Source: the human T2T-CHM13v2.0 reference genome, Homo sapiens. Taken from it: a DNA stretch of 64,000 nt. Each line of letters begins with the position of its first letter. Within the stretch, counting starts at the first letter, position 1. The notes below the pieces were generated by a model. The model was not told where the DNA came from and made no database searches. It saw nothing but the letters and a program-made list of their open reading frames with translations. The position numbers were made by a program, and so were the translations under genes. This document shows, piece by piece, positions 63,258-64,000 of the stretch. The stretch lies in NCBI RefSeq assembly GCF_009914755.1, contig NC_060940.1. One strand, written 5' to 3'.

Positions 63258-63443
63258 TGAAACCACCTTTACAAAAATTGTAACTGAGGAAATTATGACA
63301 GTGAAAGAGATCAGACCCAAATGACTCCATCTTGCTTCTAACCTTTAAGCTGTCCTTGTTCATTCCTGGGCATAGGTAGAACTAACCTTGGGAAGTAATT
63401 TATAGTTTGACTCTCAAACACAATTGATAATACCCCTTTCCCA
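63258..63443 (+). mobile_element. LTR8-like 5' fragment
   Basis: tgaaaccacc...gactccatcttgcttctaacc...ttcattcctgggc. Confidence 0.7.
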
Positions 63444-63588
63444 GCAGTTATGAAGCGTCCAAAGGTTTCCTTGTGTTTCTATTTCTCTAAGTGAAAATGG
63501 ATTTAAGTCACAGCCTAAGATTTTACTTATTTGAAGACACTACTGATGCAAGCCTGAACACAGCAATGAGTGGTACAATATACAATCT

Positions 63589-63994
<406 letters not shown>

Positions 63995-64000
63995 TTAATC

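Overview
Primate genomic DNA, almost certainly human (AluY, SVA and L1PA present). The left half holds the 5' part of SHCBP1 on the minus strand: coding exons 1-10 (2377-28209) splice in frame through GT-AG junctions to give 488 codons, and the gene continues past the left edge. From recalled knowledge this is 16q11.2. The SHCBP1 promoter is a CpG island with CHR/CDE-like, CCAAT and CRE-like sites. About 1.5 kb upstream is a ~4.1 kb, 5'-truncated processed copy of RAB43, inserted into the middle of an Alu. It has an open frame, a P-loop T32M change and a splice-acceptor-like junction. The right half is mostly repeats: a MER52 solo LTR, a near full-length L1PA, an ERV1 LTR cluster and a full-length SVA. 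Within it, at ~56011-56800 (+), is a decayed histamine H3/H4-type GPCR last exon (TM4-TM7), preceded by a splice acceptor at the HRH3 exon-3 position. I read this as a lost third H3/H4-class receptor gene, and it is the most notable signal in the window. Repeat family names and protein comparisons come from recalled consensus sequences, not from a database run.
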